Part shown: piece after piece, positions 26,921 through 38,835 of the stretch
How positions within the stretch are numbered: position 1 is the stretch's first letter
How the letters are laid out: each line of letters opens with the position of its first letter
Source of the DNA: Octopus vulgaris
Lineage: Eukaryota
DNA length: 64,000 bases
Direction: 5' to 3'
Assembly: GCA_951406725.2 (NCBI GenBank)
Contig: OX597816.1
Location: 55,800,001-55,864,000 of the forward strand
Made by a program: the position numbers and the translations under genes
Notes under the pieces: model-generated
Databases searched by the model: none
The model's input: only the letters and a program-made list of their open reading frames with translations
Told to the model about the DNA's origin: nothing

Positions 26921-27244
26921 AGAGAGTATACTTCGATGTACATATAGTGTTATCGTATAGGGTGGTAGTCCAATACGAAGTTTTGAATTCATCATCTTGT
27001 GGTGAGTAATCCATTACCTTAAGTTTGAAGCCATTAAATTTTTAAACATTATTTTACAGGATTTAGTTTTTCAACTGTTGCCATGATGGAGTATCACCTT
27101 CAAAACTAATTGATCATAGTGACTTCTGTATGTATTTCAATCTGGGATTTATTTTACAGATCTCTGCTTGATAAACTGCTAACATTCAGGCATAGTGGGA
27201 CACAATACACGATTTAATAACAAATACACACACACACACACACA

Positions 27245-27331
<87 letters not shown>

Positions 27332-27334
<3 letters not shown>

Positions 27335-27510
27335 GGAGTAAACACATAAATGTGAAACAAGGTGGAAAAAAGAGTACTCAAATACCAGTGGTAGAGTAAT
27401 ATGCTTTATTTAAAGCAGCAGAAAATTCAACAAAATCTGTTACACTGAGTTTCTCGTTGCCGTTCATCAGACACTAGAATGGAACAGATTTTGTTGAACT
27501 TTAAATAAAG
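27332..27510 (-). mobile_element. Penelope pLTR with hammerhead motif (27437-27473) and a partial inverted arm
   Basis: Near-identical to 42712-42852. Minus strand tgt-CUGAUGA-acg(gcaa)cga-GAAA-ctcagtg-ta-aca; flanked by (TA)n. Confidence 0.78.
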
Positions 27511-27564
<54 letters not shown>

Positions 27565-27829
27565 TAGGTGCAAGACCGAGTGTGTGGTTGAGAAGTTTTC
27601 CTTCCGGCAAGTGTTTTCTGCTATAGCCCTAGGCCATCCAGACACTTGTGACTGAATTTGGTACAGGGAAACTCCAGCGTTGTTCATCAGAAAATGCCCG
27701 AAATTATGTTTATGAAGAAAAGTTGTTTGCTTCATACTCCTCGTGTGCCGCTTCTGCCCATAAGAAAAGAACCAATGATACTATGTGGCTGAAACATTTT
27801 TAAGGATTGAAGGATTTCAAAATGTGCCC

Positions 27830-28045
27830 TCGTGTGTACCGTTGGCGATTTTTTTTTCCTCTGTCTTCCCTTCTCTGGATCTTTCCGTCTCCTATGATTC
27901 CGACGAAGAGCTCCGCTTGAAACGTCAAACCCTCCTTCTTTCCTTCTTCCTTCTTTCCTGAGCGTCCAATAATACTATAAATGTTCCACGTTCTCGCGTT
28001 GTTGTGTTTTTTTTGTGCTTTCTTGTTTGGATTAACTTTATACAT
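27830..28045 (+). mobile_element. Penelope pLTR copy with hammerhead-like motif (27896-27930)
   Basis: Same family as 11760-11943; ends in (TA)n. Confidence 0.72.
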
Positions 28046-28057
28046 ATATATATATAT

Positions 28058-28500
28058 AAATCAATAAAAGGTGGGGTTGGGTTGTATTGACCGCAAGTGG
28101 AGAAATAATAGGCAAGGAAAAATCATAACAAGGCAGAATTGAAGGTAAATTTTAATGAAAATGGGTGTATGGAAAATTTTAAAATTAAAAAAATATATAT
28201 ATATATTAATTCAAACCGGTTTTCGTCGCAATGCGACTTTTCAAGAATTGTGAGGTGTAAAGAAAATTTTTTTTACAATTGAAGAGGGGGGCAAAAAGAA
28301 AGTTACATTGTTTTTTGCAAAAAAATGAACATATACAAATATTAAAAAATAGGTATACCGATACATTGTAAAGTCTTTTTGTATCTCGAGTTCAATGATA
28401 GTTCTTGAAAAGATTACCTTGGAGGATTAAGATCCATGTGATTAAATCCATGTGTTGTTTAATTTAGGATGTTTGTTAAATAGGCATCGGTGTACCTATT
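28058..28500 (-). mobile_element. Penelope-like 3' fragment with hammerhead-like motif (28208-28249)
   Basis: Minus strand aattc-UUGAAAA-gtcgc(att)gcgac-GAAA-accggt-tt-gaatt; the terminus is related to 43105-43152. Confidence 0.6.
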
Positions 28501-28509
28501 TTTTAATTT

Positions 28510-28984
28510 TATATAATATAAAATTATTAGAATGGCCAAGCCAGTCATCTGACTTGAACCCCATTGAAAATTTGTGGCATTATTTGAAAATTAAAATTCA
28601 TTTAAGAGCCCCAACGTGCATTGCAGATTTGAAGAAAATCTGTAAGGAAGAATGGGAAAAAATTCCTAAAGAAATATGCGAGTCATTGATTAAGAACTAC
28701 AAGAAGAGATTGGTTGAAGTGGAACTGAATAATGGTTATGCTACGAAGTATTAAATCAGAAATATCAGTTATTTATGTTCTGTACGAATACTTTTTCACC
28801 CCTAAATATTTATAATTGAATATAAATTCCTTAGTTACTATAATTTATAAGTTTCTTTTGCATATTCTTAGTTTATGCATGTGTATGCTAATATAGTATT
28901 GGTATATCCCATTTATGTTCATTAGAAATTAAATAAATAAAGAATTTAATTTTGACATCATTTACGAATAGTTATTTCCCGCCA

Positions 28985-28987
<3 letters not shown>
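28510..28987 (+). mobile_element. Tc1-family transposon 3' end (transposase C-terminus and right IR/DR terminus)
   Basis: [17 protein letters not shown]...EEWEKIP...GYATKY* (Tc1 WPxxSPDLNPIE motif). Direct repeats tacgaata at ~28783 and ~28963; ends CACTG|TA. Confidence 0.92.
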
Positions 28988-29044
<57 letters not shown>

Positions 29045-29046
<2 letters not shown>

Positions 29047-29186
29047 GACGGCTTCTTTCAGTTTCCGTCTACCAAATCCGCCAGCAAGGCTTTGGTCAGC
29101 CCGAGGTTATAGTAGAAGAAAATTGTCCAAGGTGCCACGCAGTGGGACCGAATCCACAACCAGGTGGTTGGTAAGCCACTTCTGCT
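29045..29186 (-). mobile_element. 5' half of a CORE-type SINE
   Basis: Reverse complement of the family head. Confidence 0.85.
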
Positions 29187-29196
29187 CATATATATA

Positions 29197-29259
<63 letters not shown>

Positions 29260-29263
<4 letters not shown>

Positions 29264-29940
29264 GAAAAATACAAACTGGGACAAGAACGTAAAACATTTA
29301 GAAGACGATACAAAAAGCACGGACGGGACATTCGAAGCCTTCAATCTTCATTCAAGAACCGGATCATCCTAACAATTTCGGCTGATTATTCTTGAGATCG
29401 CTCCGATCCGGCCAGCCCCAAGGAAAAACTAAGCTACGAGCATTAGATTTCTTGGATGAAGGATCGAATGTATACGAAACAGGGACAGAGACACGGACGA
29501 TGCCACACGAATATAAAATACAAAAAACAATAATGGTAAAAACAGGACAAAAACAGCTGGTGTCTTAGGACTAATAAACAGTACAACAAGTTTAGCTGGC
29601 GTATTTGGAAAAAATGCCTTTATCGGCAGACGAAGACAACGATGTTCTCACGGCAGGGGTCGGAGGCCAAAAGGCTGATTTTGACCAGCGGTCACGTGAG
29701 AGAAGAGAGAGAAAAGAAAGGGGGCAAAGGAAACAAAGAGAGAGAAAAAGAGGGACGAAGGCAATAAAGGGGGAGAAGAGAGAGAAAGAAGGAATTAAAG
29801 AGGGGAGAAGAAAGAGTGCGTGCCAAGGATTGGCTAGTGAGTGCTAAGTGAGAAAGACAGAGAATTGTGAGAGAGTGGCGGGGGAAGAGTAGACCAAAGA
29901 GTCAGAGGCAAGAAAACAGAAAAGGAGGAGGAAAGAGTTA
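29260..29940 (-). mobile_element. Probable Penelope-like 3' UTR/pLTR fragment
   Basis: Begins at (TA)n, has a GA-rich tract and parallels 22900-23870; no ORF. Confidence 0.4.
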
Positions 29941-32009
29941 GTATGTGAAAGCAAATGGTTGGATGTATGAAAGACAAAATAGAGGGAAAAAACTAACTAC
30001 TGAAGGCTTGTGTTATATTGTTAAAGAATATATTTAAATCGTTATGTTAGAAATGTTATAAAATATGCTCACTAATTAATATATTGAGAAATGCGCAAAG
30101 CAACTGCTAAAAAAATTGTAATTTTTCCATTTTAACAGTGTGCCATTCGAACACCAACACAAGTTAGATTAAATAAGGAAACCTACTTCATTGAAAAAAA
30201 TATAGCAAAATCTAACCACTTCTAATATTCTATTTTTTCTAAACCAAATCATGTTAAATTAATAAAACCTAGTCATTCCGAACATTTTTTTATTATCTCC
30301 CTTATACCGAAAACTCCCTTATTACGTTCCCCTGTCTAGAACCCCATATTTCGCAACATAGCGAAGAGATAACACAGTATAGGTAAAGAAATTTGAGAAA
30401 TTTGAAAAGTGAATACGAAATCGATTATTTCTCCAAAAACTATGTTACTGTACGCAATATCTTATATTTTTGTAAAATAACGATTTAAATATATTATTTA
30501 ACTATATAACACAAGCCTTCTGTAGTTTTTCACTCAATTTTGTCTTTTATATATATACATATACGTGTGCATGTATATGTATATATGTATATATATATAT
30601 ACATACATATATATATATACATATATATATATTGTATATACATACATATCCTAATTTCTAGCAATGCTGGTACCACTCTCGGACGGCAGCTGATTGTGTT
30701 CCATTTTGGGCCCAGAGCTTTACTCTCTAACAAACATTTAGTCCAGGTGCACCGTTTGAAGATAACTTCCATGTTACGTGTCTCAGGGCATTTGAAAGAG
30801 TGGTGGATAGTGACTTCTCTTTTCAGTTATTAAGAAGCAATTGAATAATGTTTTAACTGTTCGTTCTAAATAAATATATCCGAAAGTTTTAACCGTATGC
30901 AAATTTACCCTGACGAAATATCCTTACCCGGCCCAGATATAAGCATAAACACTATTCTTATATAATACTGACTGCACCACAGTCTTACTGTCTTTTCAGG
31001 TACAAATTTAGGCTTACCTCTATCACGCACATGAGTGGACAGATTTTCGTTAATGCTATAACTATATTTCTCCTTTAAATTGGTAATTTGATGTGGCATA
31101 CGAAACGACAAATAAAGAAGCTCACCGTTATGAGTGTGCCATAGTAAAAGTGTTGAAGATTTTGCTAACAACACCAAGATTAGTAATATATTAGGGAAGC
31201 TCTTTAAAATGGGTAGGAGTGCAATGCTTTCTTGTCAGAACCAATAGTTCTAATAACGTTGTCATCTGGAATATGCAACTATCAAAATATCCTTTTATAT
31301 TACAAGCTATAAAAATAATAAAGACACCATTCATAAAGTTTGAAATGGTTTCTTAACAATGATATTCACAGAGTTTAACTGTTGAAATGTTATAGTTCAA
31401 AGTACAATTAACAGGCGTTTCTCGTAGATTTACAAGTTGGGAGTAAGTTATCGGGAAATAATTGGCTGTGTAAAGATATCTGATTATATTTTATGTCTTG
31501 CACATCTGTTAAGTTCTCTGGGCTGTTTCCTATTAAGAGAACGAAGCCTTACCATTGATCTCAAATGTCTATGTATTCGGCTATAGTTCATATTCCTACG
31601 CATTATGTAGCAACTGAAATATTTAATTGTTTACGGTTAAAAGAAGAGAAGAGTCTTCACAAACACGAAGGCACTGAGATATCGTAGAAATAATCTCATG
31701 CTGAATTGAACGTTTGAAATGATGTGCGTGTGTGTGCACGCGTGAAAGTCTGAACGAATATTTATGCACGGCAGTGGAGTTGTTTGAATCCCGTTTCTTG
31801 TGTGTCGCTAAGCAAACACTGTTGTTCCTTTGCGTGGACCTATGTATATCATACGATACACATCATATATGGACAAATTGTGAAGGATTCTTTATTGTTC
31901 GGTAGTGATAAGAGTTTAGATGATCGATAACCCGAATTCTATCCTGGAAATTTATGTATGTTCGGTTGAGTATTCAGCAGACATGCGTACCATTTATGCA
32001 GGCATTTCG

Positions 32010-33475
32010 ACGACTAACAGTAACACATCAATGACTGTATCGGTGCAACCTCACTCTCCGGCAAGCAACTAGACTCCTTCTTCTCTTTTGTCCAATCCTT
32101 CCATCGTGCCCTCGAATTCTCCTGCATTATCTTTAAAATCTTCCGCCGAATTTTTCAACATTTCTATCAGAATATACCACTCCGCTTTCACTACTTCCAT
32201 CCATTACAAACACACTAACTCAAATTTCTTAGTTAACTTCTCCTCCTGCCACCCTACCCACACTAAGCTCTCCATCCTCTACGCTCAGTTCCTCTGACTG
32301 CGGAGGATCTGCAGTAACAACCAGGACTTTGAGACAGTCTCAATTCATGGCTCGCCGCTTCATCCTATGTAGATGTCCCCTCACCACTATCCACACTGCC
32401 TTTTCCACGGCACGGTCTGCTCTTTCTCCTAGCACCCGCCCCGCCGGTGCCTGTCTCCCGTTTCCTCCCACCTCTCACTTTCCACCTTAACCCTCTAACG
32501 CTGAGTTTTCCGGCGTCTCCAGTCTGACCGCTCCACCTCGCACATCTTCCCCATCCTACACCCTTCCTTCAAACGAGCCCACAACCTGCGTGATCTCCTG
32601 GTCCACAGTTTCTTCCCTTCCCCATTTCCCAGCATGGCTCGTTCTCCTGGTTCTTCCCACGCTATTGCACCTGCTCTTCCCTTTCCAAAACTACCATCTT
32701 CACTGGCTCTCATCATCATCTCTATCACATCACCAACACCTTTACCTGCATTTCTAGTAACGTCATTTACTGCATCTCCTGCTCTCTCTTTGTCCTTCCC
32801 TGTACATCGGTCAAAGGGCGCCGCTTTGCTAACCGGTTCGCGGAGCACCTCCAAGACATTAGACTCGGCAATGACACTCCGGTTCTGCAACTTTTCCACT
32901 CTACCGGTCATTCGCTACAACATCTATCTTTGTTCAGACTCTCTTTGCGCAGGGGCCATCCGGACTCCCGCCTTCACCGTGAGTACTGATTGATGTTTTC
33001 TCTTCACTCCATTGCACATGGGCTCAACTCAGCTTCTTTCTTTATCTGACACCCAACTCACCTGCTCTCTTCATTTGATCCTAACCCCACACCACTTCAC
33101 GCACACTAGTACTGACCACTTCTCAGCACCTACACCATACACAATCATCCACACCCTCACACACAACCTTCAATAGCGTCACCACACATACCACTATATG
33201 CGCAGCCACACACTGTTTAAGTCAGTACCCACACACCATCATGCACACTCCCACACCCACACAAACACATAATAACTGAAAGCCATGATAAATCGTTAGC
33301 TCCTACACGCATTTTTTTCTCTCCTTGTTTCTCTCCTTGTTTTTTTCTGTGTATCTTTCTGTCGAAGAGCGTAGGCTCGAAACGTAAAAGACTTTTTCTA
33401 TTTCTATTCCTGAGCGCTATACTAATACATTTGTTTGTTTGTACTCCACCTGCCTTCGTCTTTTGTTTCCCTTTC
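32010..33475 (+). mobile_element. Penelope-like retroelement (Neptune-type), 5'-truncated and degenerate: RT C-terminal part, GIY-YIG endonuclease, pLTR
   Basis: INDCIGATS (cf. YIDD), TTSIHYKHTNS...SSCHPTHTKLSILYAQFL*LRRICS (PLE RT/thumb), FTCISSNVIYCISCSLCPSLYIGQ...RFAEHL...HGLN (VIY-CxxC-YIG nuclease, stop ~33049), CA-rich 3' UTR, pLTR ~33300-33475. Confidence 0.92.
33354..33391 (+). ncRNA. Minimal hammerhead-like motif in the Penelope pLTR
   Basis: tcttt-CUGUCGA-a-gagc(gtag)gctc-GAAA-cg-ta-aaaga: stem I 5 bp, stem II 4 bp, palindromic ACGU in place of stem III, variant core. Confidence 0.68.
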
Positions 33476-33639
33476 TATATACATAAGTACAGGATATATA
33501 CAAACACAGGATATATATAGAAAGCATGGAGGTTTAGTTTACAGGTTATCTGAACGATTAGGTACTCTACGCTAGGTAAGTGATGTAACGGATTACTGGG
33601 GCTCCAAGGTTATAGCCGAGACGGTAGTTATGGAGTCAT

Positions 33640-33884
33640 AACAAAGGTGGCAAGCTGGCAGAATCATTAGCACACTGGACGAAATGCTTAGCAGTATTTC
33701 GTCTGCCGCTACGTTCTGAGTTCAAATTCCACCGAGGTCGACTTTGCCTTTCATCCTTTCATCCTTTCGGTGTCGATTAAATAAGTACCAGTTACGCACT
33801 GGGGTCGATATAATCGACTTAATCCGTTTGTCTGTCCTCGTTTGTCCTCTCTGTGTTTAGCCCCCTGTGGGTAGTAAAGAAATA
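33640..33884 (+). mobile_element. Full-length Nin-domain SINE with a 17-bp TSD
   Basis: B box gagttcaaattcc, Nin-like gcctttcatcctttc; ggtagttatggagtcat at 33623-33639 and 33885-33901. Confidence 0.92.
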
Positions 33885-33929
33885 GGTAGTTATGGAGTCA
33901 TTACTGATTTCCGATGCAGTGGATATATA

Positions 33930-34125
33930 ATTGTTAAACAAGACAGCAAACATTAAGGCAAGGCAAAGATCTCGTTATATACAATGTTATTATAGGAAGA
34001 CATTCAAAACCTTACAGCTGTTTCTGCGATATCACAACGTTTCGGTTGATATACCCTCCAGCCTTCAACGGGTGTCTTGGGAAAATTTCGAACCTGGGTT
34101 CTCATACCTAAGATATTTTCGATCC
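33930..34125 (-). mobile_element. Penelope-like terminal fragments with hammerhead remnants
   Basis: Minus strand ccgttgaaggctgg...tcaacc-GAAA-cgttg and GAAA-cagctg-ta (palindromic stem III plus GUA). Confidence 0.5.
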
Positions 34126-34127
34126 AG

Positions 34128-34318
<191 letters not shown>

Positions 34319-34319
34319 C

Positions 34320-35535
34320 TATGTTTGACTTTTGCTTTATGTCTGTACAAGTTGGCTCCAAGACTCACCCAGAGACCTCAAGAGACAACATGTTGGAAGT
34401 TCTGAGCCATATATTTGGGTTTTATTTTGGTTTTTTTGGTGTTGACTAGTGAATGTCTAATACATAAAAATGAAAAATAAATAAATATTAAAAAAAAAAT
34501 AAAAAATAAAAAAATAATAAAAAGTTTGTTTTAAACCTTGGGATTACATAGAGAGTATTTTGCGTAGGATATGAGCAGTTCCCATGAGCACTATCTTTTG
34601 AATTTCTGCCATTTTGGGGTTTCCTGGTATCTGAGTTAGGTAGCAATCAGTCCCTTTCGCTATCATTCCCAGGGCACCTATGACAACAGGTATTGTTTTA
34701 GTCTTCAGCTTCCACATTTTGCTGATTTCTATTTCAAGATCTTTATGTCTTGACAGATACTTTTATATCGATTGGGACAGTCATATCAATGAGGAGGCAT
34801 GTTCTTTGTCTGAAGTCTTTCAATATAATGTCTGGCCTATTTGCATCTATCTTCCTGTCAGTTTGAATGGTGAAGTTCCAGAGGAGTGAGATGTGGTCAT
34901 TTTCAAGCACAGGAGGTGGATTGTGTTCCCACCAGTTTTTTTCATGGGGCAAATACAGGTTTTTGCAAATTACCCACTGAATATATTGTGCAGCTCTATC
35001 ATGCCTACTGAGGTACTCTGTAGGCGCTAGAAGACTGCATTTGGAGACAACATGGTCAATGGTTTCATTTTGTTGTCGGCATACACGACATGTTGGGCTA
35101 CTGCCGTTCTTTAATATGTTGGCCTGGTAGTTTCTTGTTGGTAGGCATTGATCTTGAGCTGCTATGATAAACCCTTCTGTTTCAGATTTTAAGCCAGAGG
35201 CCATTAGCCATTGATGGGCCAGGGCTTTGTCGATATCTGCACTATTCGCTCTCTTTGGGTATTTGCCATAGAGAGGTTTTTCTTGCCATTTATTATTCAG
35301 GATATCTAAGGCCGCAGTTTGGGCACAGGTTTTCATGCGCCTAGCTTTTTCTGTGCTTGTTTCTTGTATATCTATCTCTAATTCCGAAATTGGTTGTATT
35401 CGGAATTCACTTAGATATTCCTTTGCCTGTTTTGTGACTGAGTATGATGCTTTCTTGTTTTCATGTTTTGAGACAAGATTTAACATCCAGTCCTCAGAGT
35501 TTTTCAGGTAGGTGTCTAGGCCAATTGTAGCAAAT
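34320..35535 (-). mobile_element. 5'-truncated R4/Dong-like non-LTR retrotransposon (RLE domain) in (TAA)n
   Basis: KPLYGKY, AAQDQ, CCHC knuckle CRVC...H...C, RHD, RPDIILKD, K-DLEIE, PVVIGALG; ORF ends at 34544 with a small deletion at ~34743; TAA arrays on both flanks. Confidence 0.93.
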
Positions 35536-35555
35536 TATTATTATTATTATCATTA

Positions 35556-35637
<82 letters not shown>

Positions 35638-35648
35638 TATTATTATTC

Positions 35649-35729
35649 AGGTCATTGCCTGGAATCGAACTTGGAATGTTGTGTTTAGTAGTCAGCGCTC
35701 TTAACCACTTCGCATTATGCCTGTGGGCA
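35649..35729 (-). mobile_element. Short tRNA-derived SINE-like element with an (AAT)n tail
   Basis: Minus strand gcgaagtggttaagagcgctgactac...aagttcgattccaggc (A/B boxes) running into (AAT)n at 35536-35647. Confidence 0.6.
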
Positions 35730-37914
35730 TTATATATACATAGGGAGACAGACAGACAGACAGAATGATGGGAATGGAGGAAACTCTGGAACGTAAAGTC
35801 CACTGCAAGGGAACTTAAGCTCAGATCACAGAGGTCTGGAATGAATAGTACAAAGCGTTCTATCCAGTGCCAATTCTAACAAATCATTTCCATCCAGGCA
35901 TGTGATCTGTGTATAAATAAGATGCAGAGAAAATGAAACAGTAAAGTTTTAAATTAGTAATATCCCTCGAGATACTTCTTAATATTTTGATACGTTCACT
36001 GCATTTTCTCTGTTTGAATGTATATTAAAGTAAAATATTGATTTGGGATATAGCTGTTAGATTTCTGTCGGCAACACGGGAATATGGGAACTCAATAAAT
36101 CTACTTCCGACCAGAAATGGAACATTTTCGGCATATTGAGTTCTAAACGTATAAGCGAAGATGAAGAATATCGTTTGTGAATATTGAGCAATTGAAATTA
36201 GCCTTCCTCATTGCAAAATTCCTAAAGAATCAATGAATGAACATCTAAGATTAGGCTCGATGTAACTCCTAACGAGAAAAATTCCCAAGGACACTCATAG
36301 AATAGTCGAGAATGCCATGAGTGGATCGCCTTTCTTTAGAGGACTGTCCAGTCGAAGATGGCGTGCGGCTACACAATACCAACAACAATTCTATTTTCCC
36401 ACCTGCTCTCCAATTTTATCCAATGTTGTCCGTGTATCAACGCCGATCCCTTTTTCCATTAGATATCTCCAAGACATGTTAACCTTCATATATACTATGT
36501 TCCAGCTCTTGCTACACTATAATCACAGTTATCAGTAAAAAAAAGGATGTAATTCTTTAAAACATCCCCACACAGACACAGCACCACCACCACCAAACCA
36601 CCAATATCCCACAGTCAGTATTTCCGGATAGTCAAGGTGCAAAATGTAAGATTCCACATTAGTTAAACCAGTCTTTACTCTTCTACAAACTCTGCTGGAT
36701 TCATTATCACTGATACAGTCCAATCATTAATGTCCAGTTGTTCAACATTTCCTCTTTTATCCTATTCTACACCCGGTAATTTTCATTGTCTTCCTGTCTC
36801 ACTTGATTTCATTTCCAATACATTTACATTACAAAGTCGTTAATTCCTGAGATAGTTAAGCTATCAGCTTCTTTGTTTTCTTCCAAACACTAATCTCTTC
36901 TGCGTCTCATATTCTTTTACTTTTTCATATTTCCCAACATTCCTTGGCTACTCTGTACCTCATTTATTCGGAAATAGTTATATGTTTATCTTGGTTCTGA
37001 ATCTCAGATTTATCGATTTTTTTCTCAAACGTGACTGTGTTTGTTTCATTAAATTTCTTTCTTTGAGAAGCCGCTTTGCCAAACTTCTCATTCTTTTTGC
37101 AAAAGCTCATTGAGTGGGTGTAATGCGGAAATGAAGTTAGGTACTCGGGAGAGAAACGCGTGTGAAGATTTCTCAGTAAAGATGAGGAATGGTCGATAAA
37201 AGTGCTTCTCAAAATGAATAGGGTATTGATCCCATATTCCTGTATAAGTGGTCTAGTGGATGCCAACAGTTTCCGGTGTTAACCGGTGGCTGTCTTAAAG
37301 ATTTGATGTTTGTAGAGTAACGTTTCCGATAAAATAATGTTGCAGATATCAATAACGCTAAATGAATACCGAGCAATGACTGTGTAACTGTCTCTAATGG
37401 CACGTGATAATTCATTGGGATGACGAAAAAAGCATGAAATATTAAAGAAATGAAATATTGTCACGTCTTATTTTTAAAAAAAACGCGAATATGGCCGTCT
37501 TACGGTTAATCACGTAAACCTAGCTTTACAAAGTCGAGAAATAAGTAGTATAAAGGCAAGGATGACTTTCTCCAAGGCAGTGGTGGGGGGATCTAATCCT
37601 GGAGTTTTGTATTATAAAGTATGTAATGCAGTTTCAAACTTTAATTGACTTGTCAATGATATCTAACGAATATTGTTAAACCTCATTAACAAGGTTACTC
37701 TCGTCTCCCTAACTACTTCCTAAATTTCCGAGATATTAGTGCTACAGAAATATCTAAGAGTGGCGACCAAATTCAGATCCGAATAGCGTTCAGGAAATGG
37801 GTCACTGAGATCAGTTCACCATTTTTTAATAATACAGGTCCGTCGAAATATAATTTTGATGGCAAACAATAGATTTTAATGAAGGCACAATAGTAGTAAT
37901 TATACAGCAGAGAG

Positions 37915-37962
37915 AACATCTCTTGAACATCTCTTGAACATCTCTTGAACATCTCTTGAATA

Positions 37963-38016
<54 letters not shown>

Positions 38017-38046
38017 TGTATGTGCGTGTGTGTGTGTGTGTGTGTG
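37915..38046. repeat. 11-bp tandem (gaacatctctt x~4.5) followed by (TG)n
   Basis: Direct reading. Confidence 0.92.
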
Positions 38047-38738
38047 AAAGAGTAATTTTTTATACGTAAGGAAGTAATAACTTGAGCAGATATCTTAAGT
38101 AAAAAAAAAAGCTTGTCTTTAACCTAAGCACGTTTAATTTTCAGCCTGCAAATGTTTCTCGCTTGTGTTCCCATTCCTAAAATACATTCGAATCATATTT
38201 CACAGATAAGAATTTTAACATGTCCTGAATAACCATGCAGTGCCTTATCAGACGAATTATGTTTCGTTTTCTCCTTGGGGGTTGTATTTACTATATCCAG
38301 GATCGATTCAGTCCACAGAATTTCTTTTCTCATCCACATTAACATAGGGATATTCATCAATAACCACCATTGAGTTATATCCGTTTATCAGACATACGAA
38401 ATTTAATGACTAAGTGCTTTATAGTGTTAAGTATGCTTCCAAGATTTTTAAATCATATCCTAATGACGACCAACCATTTCTAGTGTCTATGGAAATTGCC
38501 AATGGTTAGCACCAGTACACGAAATGAATAAAATCCTCCATCATGCTTAAACTTAGTTTTTCTCAAACCGTATGTATTTATCTGTAATATACCTGTGCTA
38601 TCGTATAAGAATGGTGCGGTTTAACCAAGAAAAGAAACTGAGGCTAGAGGCAACACAATGTTTATTTATATTAATCTTAACAGAATTTACTCATAAATTA
38701 ACGTACTAAACTATGTTTTATATGTATGATAGAAAATG

Positions 38739-38739
<1 letters not shown>

Positions 38740-38835
<96 letters not shown>
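38740..38835. repeat. (GATA)n microsatellite
   Basis: Direct reading. Confidence 0.97.

Noticed and set aside
30905-31177. Cadherin-like words (YSYSINEN, VRDRGKP) in a minus-strand ORF
   Set aside because: Spacing is incompatible with a cadherin repeat and there are no DRE/DxNDN motifs. A small exon cannot be excluded without RNA data.
32495-32993. ORFs 32495-32911(-) and 32634-32993(+) as genes
   Set aside because: They are antisense or off-frame readings of the Penelope element.
37270-37510. piggyBac-like TTAA-CC terminus
   Set aside because: No matching second TIR or transposase remnant was found.
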